DNA of 64,000 bases from Staphylococcus phage Machias. The notes under the pieces are model-generated. The model saw nothing but the letters and a program-made list of their open reading frames with translations, had not been told where the DNA came from and did no database searches. The position numbers were made by a program, and so were the translations under genes. The stretch's first letter is position 1. Each line of letters opens with the position of its first letter. Positions 20,346 to 31,169 of this stretch are shown here, piece after piece. The stretch lies in sequence record MW349128.1. The stretch is one strand, 5' to 3'.

Positions 20346-21383
20346 ATGAAATATATGATAGGAGGAAAATCTTTGAAAAGTTTTGAAGAAGTAAAAGATA
20401 TATTACTTAATATTAAAGAACAAACGGATGAAAATTCTTTTCCTAATGAAGCTTATGATTATTTAGTTGATATTGAGAAGTATGCTAATATTGATAGTTT
20501 TACGAATGATCAAATTAGAAAAATTGTAAAATATCTAGTAGGTATTAAAGATTCATTAGAAAGATACGAAATTGAAAATGAACAATCTGAAATGGCAATA
20601 AATATGGTTCTTCATAAAATAGAAACTCTTAAAGATAGATATAATACACTTTATATCAATAATCGTATTCCTAATAATGGTTATATTGATAGTTTATATA
20701 AAGAAGATTTTAGTTCAAATAAAAGTGCAGAATTTAATTTTAAACAATTAACTGTAGCTTTAGCTGAAAGTCCTGCTGGTTCTAAATTAGAAAGAAAAGC
20801 TGTTATTAACTTCTTAATGGAAGGTAGTATGAATTATCTTAATGAAGCTTATGATGATGACGATGATGAAGATTATCTTGATGGTCTTGATAGTAGCTTT
20901 GAAACCTCTAAAGAACCTAAAGTTGCTGAAAAGAATTTAAATAAATTAATTGGTTCTGTTAAGAAAGCTACTGCTTCATCTAAAAATATGGATGACAAAC
21001 AATTAGCTAAAGCAAATAGAATTCGTTTTGTAAGAGCTATTTTAACAGCAATAATCTTCTGTATTGGATTAGAAGTAAGTGCTGGTGTTATTGGTAAAGC
21101 TAAAACTGCTTTATTAGGATTATTGGTTGCTATTGTGTATAATAGTACTAAAAATAGTGAACTTAATAGATTAATTATTGTACTAGAAGAAAGAATTCAA
21201 TCATTAGAAAATAAAATCGATTCAACTGATAATGAACAAAAGAGAAAAGAATTAAGAATATTAAAATCAGACTTAGAAGGTCAATTGAAAAAAGCAAATT
21301 TCCAAAAGAAAGCTATAGATAAAACTAAAAATGCTATCTCTCGTGGAGATGTAAATGACAGTGGTAATGACTATGGATATTAA
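20346..21383 (+). CDS. Hypothetical protein (345 aa) with an acidic stretch, internal TM-like segment and coiled-coil C-terminus; possible morphogenesis or scaffold-associated protein
   Basis: Complete ORF immediately upstream of the acidic scaffold-like ORF, overlapping it by 29 nt. Confidence 0.35.
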   Translation: MKYMIGGKSLKSFEEVKDILLNIKEQTDENSFPNEAYDYLVDIEKYANIDSFTNDQIRKIVKYLVGIKDSLERYEIENEQSEMAINMVLHKIETLKDRYNTLYINNRIPNNGYIDSLYKEDFSSNKSAEFNFKQLTVALAESPAGSKLERKAVINFLMEGSMNYLNEAYDDDDDEDYLDGLDSSFETSKEPKVAEKNLNKLIGSVKKATASSKNMDDKQLAKANRIRFVRAILTAIIFCIGLEVSAGVIGKAKTALLGLLVAIVYNSTKNSELNRLIIVLEERIQSLENKIDSTDNEQKRKELRILKSDLEGQLKKANFQKKAIDKTKNAISRGDVNDSGNDYGY

Positions 21384-22044
21384 TAGAGATTTACTAACTG
21401 AATCAATAAATAAACTAATGAAACAAAATATTCTTAATGAAGCTGAAGGTGATGAAGATAATCAAGATCAGAATTCATTAGATGATACTGAATCAACTTC
21501 ATCAGAAGAAGAGAATAACGAAGAAACTGAAGAAGATAATTCTAATGATGATTCTAGTGATGATTCTACAGAAGATCAAGAAGAAAATGAAGATGAATTA
21601 GATAGTGATCCTGAACAACCTGAAGCTGAAGAAACTGACACAGATAATCCAGAAGAAACACCTGAAGAAACTCCAGAAGAAACACCTGAAGAACCCAAAG
21701 AAAGTAATTCAGATAAGTTTTTAAAATTACAAATATTTAATAAATTAGTTGAATTAAAAGATGTAATGGACAAATTTAACTACATTATTAATGACAGAAA
21801 TATGGAAAATTTTTCAGATTCAGAAAGAAACGATATGTTTGATATAACTGAATTAACTACAAAATCTCTTGATCAACTTAAAGATAATATAAATTTATTT
21901 AACAATAAATTTATAAATATTGTCGATGTAGATAAATCTGAGAAGTTATATAAAAAATTTGAAAATACTTACAAAGAAATATTTGACAATTATTTAAAAG
22001 AATACAATAAGTTAGAAAGTACAAAAAAGCGTAGTAAAAAGTAA
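21355..22044 (+). CDS. Highly acidic, Glu/Asp/Ser-rich protein (229 aa); scaffolding-protein-like, directly upstream of the major capsid gene
   Basis: Composition (EETPEETPEETPEE repeats), helical C-terminus, and position before the capsid gene. Confidence 0.4.
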   Translation: MTVVMTMDINRDLLTESINKLMKQNILNEAEGDEDNQDQNSLDDTESTSSEEENNEETEEDNSNDDSSDDSTEDQEENEDELDSDPEQPEAEETDTDNPEETPEETPEETPEEPKESNSDKFLKLQIFNKLVELKDVMDKFNYIINDRNMENFSDSERNDMFDITELTTKSLDQLKDNINLFNNKFINIVDVDKSEKLYKKFENTYKEIFDNYLKEYNKLESTKKRSKK

Positions 22045-22228
22045 AATAAATGAATTTAATTACTTTTAATAATAGTTTTATTATTCTTTTTAAATTTAAT
22101 AACAATAACATATGAAAGTAAAAATACCCTTGAATATAATGGTTATTTTATTTCTTAACAAATTTATATAATAAAATTAATAATATAAAACTACACGCTA
22201 ATATATTTGAAAAGGAGCAGAAAAAATT

Positions 22229-23824
22229 ATGTTGAGTGCAAATAGAATTAAAGATGAATTCTCTAAACTCTTAGAGGATATCGAACAAAATATCAACGAA
22301 CAGTACAAATTAAGTACAGTTGGTAATGACTTCGCTTCAATTGCTACTGATGACGTAGTATTTGAAAGTTATAAAGATCAATTATTAGAAGGTTTTGATG
22401 AAGAGGAGCAGCTTTCTTTAGAAAGTATGTTAGATAATACTCGTGAAGAAATCTTATTAGAGTCTTCAATGGGACCTATCCAACCTTATGCTTCATTATC
22501 TATGCCTATCTTAGTTAAACTTTGGGCTCGTTTAGCTTTAACTGAAGCTTTACCAACTCAAGTTGCTAATAAACCACAATTCACAGTGCCAATCTTAACA
22601 CCTTACGTTGTAGATGCTGATGGAAACAAACATGCATTACCTGAATCAATTAATAACACACCTGAAACTTTAGTAGGATTAGTTCCTCTTAAAGAAGAAG
22701 TTACAATTTCTGGTGGTAAAGTTGAAGCTTACGATTTATTCGATGGCTTAAAAGAAGGTAAAGAAGTTCGTAAAGGCATTGATCGTGTTGACCGTAAATT
22801 CAAAGTTGTAGAAGCTAAATGGAGCGATTCTTTTGATGTACGTACAAACGAAAAAGGATTTGTTGAATTAGGTTCTCAAGTTATTAAAATGGAAAATGAC
22901 TCTCTAATGGCAGAAGTTAAATACCCTACAAATGGTGACGGTGAAGTTGCTGTTGATACAGTATTAGGTAAAGTTGACGTTTCTAACGGTACTTTAGCTT
23001 TAGCTTCAACTTCTGGTAAATTAGAAGCAATTAAAATTAAAGGTTATGTAGCTTCTGAACAACATACTTCAGCTACTAACATTGAGCTTGGTTTAGATCG
23101 TAAAGATATCACTATCGATACAGCTCAACACATCGAGGCTACAGTACCTCTTGAAGTAATTCAAGATATGAAAGCTACTTATGATATCGATGGAGTTGCT
23201 CGTTTATCTGAAACAATGTCTCAATTATCTAGTCAAAAAGTTGACTTAGATATCATTGAATTCTTAGATCACGAATACGAAGAAACTGATGCTAAATATC
23301 ACTTCAGCTTCGATGTTTATCCACATAGTGATTACAGTGCTCACCCTAAAGATTGGTTAGAAGGTCTACGTGAAGTAATTGACCATACTACACAATCAAT
23401 GAAAAATGATTACAAACTTTACGATGTACAATTCGTTATCGTAGGTAACCCAGTTGACGTTCGTTTAATCCCTAACGTTTCTTGGACATTTAATGGTGGT
23501 ACTGAAGATTCTTACTCTAACGGAATCAAAATTAACTATTCATTAGGTGCTGCTTCAGGTACTGCTAACTACCGTATTATCGGTTCTGACTTAGTTCGTC
23601 AAGGTGAATTGACTATTATTGCAATTCCTCAACAAGACAACTATAAAACATTCATGTTCTACCCTTACACATTCAACGTTGTAAATGGTGGAGGATACTT
23701 GAATACTCGTAACCCTAATGTTCCTAACATGATGATGACTCGTAGATATACAGTTGAATCATTTGTTCCGATCATTGGTCGTATTACAATCAAAAACAAC
23801 AACGGTTCAGTATACGCTCGTTAA
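22229..23824 (+). CDS. Major capsid protein (531 aa)
   Basis: Strong SD AAAGGAG, higher GC and codon bias typical of a highly expressed structural gene, downstream terminator, position after the scaffold-like gene, size typical of a myovirus major capsid protein. Confidence 0.55.
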   Translation: MLSANRIKDEFSKLLEDIEQNINEQYKLSTVGNDFASIATDDVVFESYKDQLLEGFDEEEQLSLESMLDNTREEILLESSMGPIQPYASLSMPILVKLWARLALTEALPTQVANKPQFTVPILTPYVVDADGNKHALPESINNTPETLVGLVPLKEEVTISGGKVEAYDLFDGLKEGKEVRKGIDRVDRKFKVVEAKWSDSFDVRTNEKGFVELGSQVIKMENDSLMAEVKYPTNGDGEVAVDTVLGKVDVSNGTLALASTSGKLEAIKIKGYVASEQHTSATNIELGLDRKDITIDTAQHIEATVPLEVIQDMKATYDIDGVARLSETMSQLSSQKVDLDIIEFLDHEYEETDAKYHFSFDVYPHSDYSAHPKDWLEGLREVIDHTTQSMKNDYKLYDVQFVIVGNPVDVRLIPNVSWTFNGGTEDSYSNGIKINYSLGAASGTANYRIIGSDLVRQGELTIIAIPQQDNYKTFMFYPYTFNVVNGGGYLNTRNPNVPNMMMTRRYTVESFVPIIGRITIKNNNGSVYAR

Positions 23825-23851
23825 GAGTAACTTTACTTTTGTTATTTATAT

Positions 23852-23890
23852 ACCCATACATCTCTCTGAGGTGTATGGGTTTATTTTATA
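23852..23890 (+). terminator. Rho-independent terminator after the capsid gene (ACCCATACATCTC ... GAGGTGTATGGGT followed by TTATTTTAT)
   Basis: Stem-loop plus T-run. Confidence 0.6.
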
Positions 23891-23908
23891 AAAAGAAAGG
23901 AAAATTAT

Positions 23909-25078
23909 ATGGTATCTTTAAAAGAAGAAATACAATTAAATAAAATAAATAAAATAATGAACATCAATGAAGATGCATTTAACTTTGGTAAAAATACTTC
24001 ATTACTAAAAGAAATAGATGAAGAATTTGATTCATTAATTAGTAAATATAATTTTGAAAAATCTGATTTTGATGTAATTGATAAGAATGAATACAATGAT
24101 ATTGCAAAAAGAATATCAGATATTGCTAAGAAATTATTTAACACTAATATGAAATTAAAATTTATTGAAGCCGATAAGCGTGGAAAAGATAAATTTAGAG
24201 TAGGTTCAGTAGCACATACATTAATTAAACCTGAAGATATTAGAAATATTACAGATGGAATCACTAAAATTGTTATTGAAGAAAAAAATGGTATTTACTA
24301 TTCTAAACCTAGAGAAATTGAAGTAAATATTGAATTATCTTCATTGAGATATTTTATAGAAAAGAAAGAATCAGGTCAAAAAGAATTTACTACTCTTAAT
24401 GGTAGAATGTATACCTTTTTATTATTACATGAAATAGGTCATAATTTATTTTTCCCTGTAGAAATTAATGTACTCTCTGGTGGTAAAACTCCTACATTCG
24501 AACTCAAATATAAAGATAATAAACCAGTTCAGTTTAAGTACACTAAAGAAATAGAAGCTGACACTAGAAGAAATAGAGTATTAGCAGCTCCTATGATTCT
24601 TGCAATGTCAACATTAGTAATGTGTTTAACTGCTGTATTTATAGGTGCTAGCATATCAATGGGTTCATTTATGGGAACAGGAATGTTACTAACAAGTGCA
24701 AGTTTCAATAGAAAAACTACTATGGATTATAATCTTTCAGAAAGATCTGCCAACCAATTACCTGCTCTTTATGGATATTCTGTAGAAATGGTTAAATTTT
24801 ATGATTTAGTGTATAAAGCATTTAGAATGAAATCTGAAAAAAGACCTAATAACTTAATAGCTAAAGCTATGAGAGGACTTTTATATCCTATGAGTGGTTT
24901 TATTAAAAGTTATAAAGATTATCCAACAGATTCAATTGATGCAGTTATTAAGACATTAAAATTTGAAATTAGTAACAATAATAATTCTAATGAAGTTAAA
25001 AAAGAACTCAAAAGACAATTAGATGAAATTCAAAGAATAATAAAATATTCTAATAGACTTAATACTAAGACAAGATAG
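23909..25078 (+). CDS. Putative membrane-associated zinc metallopeptidase (HExxH motif LLLHEIGHNLF plus a hydrophobic TM stretch), 389 aa
   Basis: HEIGH zincin motif and a TM-like segment VLAAPMILAMSTLVMCLTAVFIGASISMGSFMGTGMLL in translation. Confidence 0.4.
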   Translation: MVSLKEEIQLNKINKIMNINEDAFNFGKNTSLLKEIDEEFDSLISKYNFEKSDFDVIDKNEYNDIAKRISDIAKKLFNTNMKLKFIEADKRGKDKFRVGSVAHTLIKPEDIRNITDGITKIVIEEKNGIYYSKPREIEVNIELSSLRYFIEKKESGQKEFTTLNGRMYTFLLLHEIGHNLFFPVEINVLSGGKTPTFELKYKDNKPVQFKYTKEIEADTRRNRVLAAPMILAMSTLVMCLTAVFIGASISMGSFMGTGMLLTSASFNRKTTMDYNLSERSANQLPALYGYSVEMVKFYDLVYKAFRMKSEKRPNNLIAKAMRGLLYPMSGFIKSYKDYPTDSIDAVIKTLKFEISNNNNSNEVKKELKRQLDEIQRIIKYSNRLNTKTR

Positions 25079-25092
25079 TAAGAAAGAAGTGA

Positions 25093-28000
25093 ATGAAGAC
25101 TATGGCTATAACAAAATTAAAGAAAAAAATTTATTACGATTATAAAACTAATAACGTAAGCTTTTTAAGAGTTGCTAAAGAACTTAAAGATAATAATATA
25201 CAAAATTATGGTCTACCATTAACTCTATATGATAAGAAATTAATTGGCGTTGATCCTTGGGATGAAGATTTAGATAATGAAATGAAAACTCGTGTTATTA
25301 GGGAAGCTAAACTTAATATATGGTTTTATTTAAGAGAAGTTATCAGAGTTCCAGTTCCAGGTGGTAAGGTAATGTATGAACTTCATAGAGGTAACTTAGC
25401 TATGACGTTTTGTATGCTGCATAATTTAGATACTGCAATAATGTTACCACGTCAGCACTATAAAACATATTCTGCAGTATGTTATTATTCATGGATTATG
25501 TTATTGGTAGGTAATAACTATACAATGTTATTTACACATAAATCATACTCGGACACTACTGAAAACCTTAAAAGATTAAAAAATCTATTCAAAGAGAAGT
25601 GTTTACCTGAATATGTATTAGCTAACTTTGGAGATAAAAATGATAGAGATAAAATTAATGAATTTTCTTTAGCAAGTAATAACAACACAATAAAAACAGT
25701 ATCACCTCCAACAAATGCTGAGAGTAAAATACGTGCTCTCATTAAACTCTATTAACTGCTGAAAAAGATACTAAACCAATCAGCATCAATCAAATTGATT
25801 GTTCAACGACTAAATATAGAGATAATTAATATTATAAGATATAGTCTAGTGTGTATGAATATCATACAATGTATTACGGCAAACAAAGCAGGAAGAGGTA
25901 GCACCGTATGTAGATGCAGTGCATAAAGATTTTTAATTGCTGGAAGACTAATAATGAAGTTAATCAGCATCACTTTAATTAGTGTTCAACGACTAAATAA
26001 AATCAATTTTAATAATTTTTACTGTTAACATTCCTTTATCAGTACGATAACGGAGGGATAAAATGCCTAAAGGTGTTAAAAGTAAAGAAAAATTCATAGA
26101 ACAAAAAAATAAAACTTTTAAAGAAATAAAAGATATCAATGGAGATAAATTTGAAATACTGGGAGAGTATAAAAATTCTAAAGAACCAATTAAATGTCAT
26201 TGTAATATATGTGATAGAGATTTTTTCTTACCTACTGAAAAACTAAGATTAAAAAGAAAATTCTGTAATAGAAAAGATTGTAGATATTCAGAAAAACCCA
26301 AGAATTCTAAAGGTAAAGAAACTTTTTTAATAGAATTAAAAGATAAGTTCGGATTTAATTATACTTATATTGAAGGATTCAATGGAATGAATAAAAAGTG
26401 TAGATTCCGTTGTGGAAAATGTGGAAATATAAGATATTTTGCAAAGCCTTCTACTCTAATGGATAAAAGAAAGAAGTATAATTCAGTAAACTGTAACAGA
26501 TGTATAAATAATGAAAATTATATCATATTAGATAGTCAAGAATTATCTAAAAAGACAACAGAAGAGTTTCAAGGTGAATTAGATATGATATTTGGATATA
26601 ATAAATTTAATGTGTTAACTGAATATACTAGGAGCAAAGATTATATCTATTTGAAGAGTAATGACTGTGGACACAAATTTAAAACGAGACCAGATGATAT
26701 ACTTAAAAGAAAAAGATGTAGTGTATGTTCTAAAAGTATAGGAGAAATTGCCATCATTGAATTACTTCAAGAGAATAATGTAGAATATGAGAATGAAGTT
26801 ACTTTTGAAGGATCTAGTTTTAGATTTGATTTTTATTTTAAAAAAATAAATACTGTAGTTGAAGTAGATGGAAAAGGTCATATAAAAGGTTATGGAAATT
26901 TCATTAATGATAAAAGAAACAAAAGCAAAAGAACACCTGAAGATATAAAAAAATTAGATAATGAAAAAGATGAATTTATAAGAAGCAAAGGAATAAATAT
27001 GATACGTCTCCCTTACCAGAATAGAATAAATGAAGAATTAATTATCCCTATGAAAAAATTATTAAAATTATGATATAGTCTGATCTGCATGGATTATCAT
27101 GTAGTTTAACGTAAATGACCTATGGTTTGGCTTGATGAGTGGGCGTTTATACCGCATAATCAAGTAATGTTTGAAGCGATGAGTAAAAAGGCTCCATCTT
27201 TATAGAAATATAGATGATGAATAATATTAACTGCTGAAAAGTTTAAAAACCAATCAGCATCATTAAATAATGTTCAACGACTAAATTTATTAAATCTTAA
27301 AAAGATTATGATATAGTCTGATCTGCATGGATTATCATGCAGCTAACATAAATGACCAGCAATAAGTACAGCTTCAAGAATTGCAAAAGAAAATGGTTCT
27401 CCTTATGGACTTCTTATCACAACTACACCTAAAATGACTGGGTGAAGATAAATTAAAATTTATCTTAAGGACTTTATTAATTGCTGAAAGGTCCTTAGAG
27501 CTTAATGAGCTACAACGTGACTGGCAACAGTGAGCGTGATATGCTTAAAAATCATTAAGATTGGAAAATCAGCAGCTAATTTTCAATTTAATAAATTATT
27601 AAATCAATAATGAACAACTCTTTATACAAAAGATGTAGGAGTTGGTAATTTTGGATTTTTATGAAAAATTAAATAAAAAATTTGATAACAGTATAATAAC
27701 AAAAGAAAAATATATAAACGGCAATGAAAAGATTAAATTCTATTGTAAAAATTGTAAAAATTATTTTTATTCTAAACCTAGAAAAATTATTGAATCATCT
27801 TATAAATCATGTCATTTATGTAGGAAAAGGGAAAAAGAAAATATATTTAGGAATAATCTCATTAATATGATAAATAAAGAAATATATGAAATTATTGAAA
27901 TGAAAGATCCTATAAAAAATAATGAAAAATTTTCTTTAAAACATAAAGAATGTGGAAATATCTTTTCTATATCAGTGAGTAATTTTAAAAAAGGAAGAAA

Positions 28001-30190
28001 ATGCCCATATTGCTCAAATAAGCCTATGAAAAGGGATCAAAATTTCTTTTTAGAAAAAATAAATAATATTGATTCAAGTTTCTTAAAAGAATATGAATTA
28101 AAAAGCAATTATATAAGCGTTAACGAAAATATTAAAATTAAACATAAAGAATGTGGAAATATCTTTAATACTACCCCTAATAGAATTTATAGAGGTAATA
28201 GATGTAGTATGTGTTCACATAAATCTGATAAATATAATTTTAAAGAGGTAAAGAGTATAATAGAAAAAGATGGAAAATTTAAACTTTTATCTAATAATTA
28301 TATAAATAATAAATATAAATTAAAAATAAAATGTCTTAACTGTGGTAATATACAAGAGAAAAGTTTAGTTACATTTCAAGATAAAAGAAATAGAAAATGT
28401 ATATGTGAAAAATATTCTTTACCAATTCGTTATATAACAAATTTTTTAATAGATAAAAATATAAATTTTGAGCTAGAAAAAAGATTTGATAATTGTAGAA
28501 ATATTAGACCTTTACCCTTCGATATTTTTATAAATGATTTTAATATTCTAATTGAATATGATGGGGAACAACATTTTAAACCAATATATGGTATAGAAAA
28601 ACTCAATAAAACTAAAATAAATGATGAAATAAAAAATAATTTTTGTAATAAAGAAGGAATAGAATTAATTAGAATAAACTGTTATGATAATTATGAAGAT
28701 AAAATTGAAAATTTAGTTCAACGACTATCGAAAGTTGAGTATACATCGTGAGGATATATACAATATAAATGAGTAGAGTACAGCCAAGCGGTTAGTTTTT
28801 AAGTGATATTAGCTTAATATAATTCTATTAAATGGAAACATAAAGACGTGTATATTAACACATATACGTAAGATATAGTCTCAACGTTTAGGGAAAACCT
28901 AAAGAAGTTCATAAGAGAACTGGTATAGATTAGCGATCTATATTGAAGATTTTGAGTACTCTCGACACATCTCAAGGGCAATTTTTCTTTCAACAAATGA
29001 ATGAAGCAGCTCAATGGAATGAAAAAATATATGATTATTTTATTGATAGTGAAGAAGAAGGAAATTCTAAATTAGAAAAATACATGGAAGATAATTCAAA
29101 TAATGAATTCATGTATATAGAATATTCATATAAAGAATTAGGTAAAGATGAAAATTGGTTAGAAAAACAAAAGAGACAAATTGGTTCTTTAGAAGCTGTT
29201 AAACGTGAGATATTATTGGAATGGGCTTATAGTTCTGATGATTCATTATTCTCTGAAGAACAAATGACTGAAATATCTATGTATGCTAATAAAGAAATAT
29301 ATAATACTCTTGAATTTAATATTGATGGTAGAACTTATTATGTAAATATGATTAAATATATGGATAATATTACAGAGAAAAATTGGCTTATTGGTATTGA
29401 TATGTCTGGTGGTTTAGGACGAGATAATACAGCGTTTACTGTAGTGGATCCAGCTACTTTGGAACCAGTAATGACTTTTAAAAATAATGTAATTAATGGA
29501 CCTACATTCAGAAAATTAATTAAAGAATTGGTTAGTTTCTATATACCTAACGCTATATTAATACCTGAACGTAACTATGCAGGTTTAACAGTAATTGATC
29601 ATATGATATCTTATGATGGTTTAGAATCTAATTTATTCTATACGCTTAAAACTCGTGTAGCTGAAAAGCAAGTAGAAAATAAAAGTTTATTTAATGAAAT
29701 GTCTAGATATAGCAAAACTGAAAAAGTTAAAAAAGAAACTCGTAGATATGGTATTGATACAACTAAAAAATCTCGTGATATAATGTTAAATGAAATATTA
29801 TCTATGCTTGTTGAAGAAAAACCACATTTAATTAATAATAAACCACTTTTCCAAGAAATCAAATCTTTACAAATGATTAAAGGACGTATTGACCATCCAC
29901 CGGGAGGTCACGATGACTTAATGATGTCTTATTTATTCTGTTTATATGCGTATTACTATGAAAAAGATATTAATAAATTTGTAAAAATTAAATATGGTTC
30001 TAAACTCTCACCTAACAGTGAAAATGCAGAAGGAATGAAAAAAGAACAAGAAGCTAGAAGAAAAGATATTGCTTCAATTAAACGTATCAATAGTGTTATT
30101 GAAGGAAATGATATGAGTAATTCTATATTTGGTCAACAACAAAAACCAATGGATAACAATAATAAACGTATTATGGATTTATTCAAATAA
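25093..30190 (+). CDS. terL: Terminase large subunit, split into 5 exons by four group I introns. Approximate exons: 25093-25716, 25879-25907, 27118-27201, 27355-27439, 28937-30190.
   Basis: Walker A-like LPRQHYKT in exon 1; an Arg-finger-like ANKAGRGST micro-exon; Walker B VWLDEWAFIP in exon 3; coupling motif GLLITTTP in exon 4; nuclease domain (IGIDMSGG...D) in exon 5. Block order matches T4 gp17. Each exon fragment ends in a stop codon just inside an intron. Confidence 0.75.
25717..25878 (+). ncRNA. Group I intron T1 (about 160 nt, no ORF) in terL
   Basis: P TTAACTGCTGAAAAAG, Q AATCAGCATC, R GTTCAACGACTAAATAT, S AAGATATAGTC, P9 hairpin GTGTATGAATATCATACAAT, terminal G at 25878. Confidence 0.55.
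25908..27117 (+). mobile_element. Group I intron T2 in terL carrying a homing-endonuclease ORF in P8
   Basis: P TTAATTGCTGGAAG, Q AATCAGCATC, R GTTCAACGACTAAATAAAA before the ORF; S GATATAGTC overlaps the ORF stop (27071-27080); P9 and terminal G at 27117. Confidence 0.6.
26063..27073 (+). CDS. Intron-encoded homing endonuclease, Vsr/DUF559 (EDxHD, PD-(D/E)xK) type, with N-terminal Cys-rich zinc-finger-like repeats
   Basis: C-terminal FRFDFYFKKINTVVEVDGKGH ... GINMIRL matches the Vsr-like endonuclease signature; repeated CxxC...CxxC modules; lies inside an intron. Confidence 0.55.
   Translation: MPKGVKSKEKFIEQKNKTFKEIKDINGDKFEILGEYKNSKEPIKCHCNICDRDFFLPTEKLRLKRKFCNRKDCRYSEKPKNSKGKETFLIELKDKFGFNYTYIEGFNGMNKKCRFRCGKCGNIRYFAKPSTLMDKRKKYNSVNCNRCINNENYIILDSQELSKKTTEEFQGELDMIFGYNKFNVLTEYTRSKDYIYLKSNDCGHKFKTRPDDILKRKRCSVCSKSIGEIAIIELLQENNVEYENEVTFEGSSFRFDFYFKKINTVVEVDGKGHIKGYGNFINDKRNKSKRTPEDIKKLDNEKDEFIRSKGINMIRLPYQNRINEELIIPMKKLLKL
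27202..27354 (+). ncRNA. Group I intron T3 (about 153 nt, no ORF) in terL
   Basis: P TTAACTGCTGAAAAG, Q AATCAGCATC, R GTTCAACGACTAAAT, P8 AATCTTAAAAAGATT, S GATATAGTC, P9 CTGCATGGATTATCATGCAG, terminal G at 27354. Confidence 0.6.
27440..28936 (+). mobile_element. Group I intron T4 in terL with an extended P5 region and a homing-endonuclease ORF
   Basis: P2 hairpin GATAAATTAAAATTTATC; P TTAATTGCTGAAAGG; Q AAAATCAGCAGC; R GTTCAACGACTATCG inside the ORF 3' end; S AAGATATAGTCTC at about 28872; terminal G about 28936. Confidence 0.55.
27642..28751 (+). CDS. Intron-encoded homing endonuclease, Vsr/DUF559 (EDxHD) type, paralogous to 26063..27073; TTG start
   Basis: C-terminal PFDIFINDFNILIEYDGEQHF ... 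GIELIRI; repeated HKECGNIF ... CPYC zinc-finger-like modules. Confidence 0.55.
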   Translation: MVILDFYEKLNKKFDNSIITKEKYINGNEKIKFYCKNCKNYFYSKPRKIIESSYKSCHLCRKREKENIFRNNLINMINKEIYEIIEMKDPIKNNEKFSLKHKECGNIFSISVSNFKKGRKCPYCSNKPMKRDQNFFLEKINNIDSSFLKEYELKSNYISVNENIKIKHKECGNIFNTTPNRIYRGNRCSMCSHKSDKYNFKEVKSIIEKDGKFKLLSNNYINNKYKLKIKCLNCGNIQEKSLVTFQDKRNRKCICEKYSLPIRYITNFLIDKNINFELEKRFDNCRNIRPLPFDIFINDFNILIEYDGEQHFKPIYGIEKLNKTKINDEIKNNFCNKEGIELIRINCYDNYEDKIENLVQRLSKVEYTS

Positions 30191-30198
30191 AATATATA

Positions 30199-30240
30199 AG
30201 AGTAATGATGATTAACTTCGTCATTACTCTATTTTATTGG
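30199..30240 (+). terminator. Rho-independent terminator after terL (AGAGTAATGATG ... CGTCATTACTCT followed by ATTTTATT)
   Basis: Stem-loop plus T-run. Confidence 0.55.
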
Positions 30241-30362
30241 AAATTTTTATAAAATGTTATTAACTAAGTTGTATAGTAGAGTTGATTTTAGAAAAGATAA
30301 AAGAAAATTTTAGTTATTCGTCAGAATAATATATTATATAAAAATAAAAAGATAAATGGGAA

Positions 30363-31163
30363 GTGAAAATTTTGACTAAGACATACTTAATTGATGACAA
30401 AGATGATTTAGAAATGGTTAAAGAAGAATACGATGAAATTATTATGAATATTTCTGAAGATATTATGGTAGATAATATTAAAGATCAAATTCATGAATCT
30501 AATACAAAGCAATTTTATACTGATCAACATCATAAGAATTTCTTTGAATACTTTGAAATCCGATTTAATTTTGTATTAGAAAGATATAAAGATGATAATG
30601 ATATTTTAAATAGAACTAAAGAAGTTTATAATGATATTTTAAATGAAATATTAGAATCAATTCAAGATACTTATCAATTATCTATTGAATTTTCAGAAGA
30701 TATTTTAGTTGAAGATAAAGCTCAGTATATTAAATCATTATACTATTTCTTTGTATTAAATAAAAAAGAAATGATTAATAATCTATTTATTAATTATATT
30801 GAAAAGAATATTGTACATTTATCTAAGACTTATGAAGATAATTTAAATGATGATATTAATACTTCATTATCATATAACAATTTAAAGAAAACTATTGATA
30901 ATGAATACACAGCTATGATTTATTCTATTCCAGATATTATTGAAGGAATTTATATTGGAGATAATGAAGATATTATTGAAACTATAATTCTAGATGAAGA
31001 ATCTGAATTGAATAATTATCAGATTGATAAAATGTTAGTAGAACAATCAATTACTGATGTTAGATTTGATAATAATCTTATTAACGTATTAAGAGAAACA
31101 TTTGAAGATAATAACGTATTATTTAGAGAAATCCAGTATTATTTCATTAATAAATATAAATAA
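30363..31163 (+). CDS. Hypothetical acidic protein (266 aa)
   Basis: Complete ORF. Confidence 0.4.
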   Translation: MKILTKTYLIDDKDDLEMVKEEYDEIIMNISEDIMVDNIKDQIHESNTKQFYTDQHHKNFFEYFEIRFNFVLERYKDDNDILNRTKEVYNDILNEILESIQDTYQLSIEFSEDILVEDKAQYIKSLYYFFVLNKKEMINNLFINYIEKNIVHLSKTYEDNLNDDINTSLSYNNLKKTIDNEYTAMIYSIPDIIEGIYIGDNEDIIETIILDEESELNNYQIDKMLVEQSITDVRFDNNLINVLRETFEDNNVLFREIQYYFINKYK

Positions 31164-31169
31164 GGAGAT

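Noticed and set aside
20346-22044. 29-nt overlap between ORFs 20346..21383 and 21355..22044, considered as a programmed frameshift site
   Set aside because: No slippery heptamer or downstream structure noticed in the overlap. The second ORF has its own ATG, so simple overlap is more parsimonious.
27125-27205. The stretch MVWLDEWAFIPHNQVMFEAMSKKAPSL, considered as an independent small ORF or as part of the intron homing-endonuclease locus
   Set aside because: It contains the terminase Walker B motif and is bracketed by an intron 3' end (terminal G at 27117) and an intron 5' end (27202). It is a terL exon, not a separate gene.
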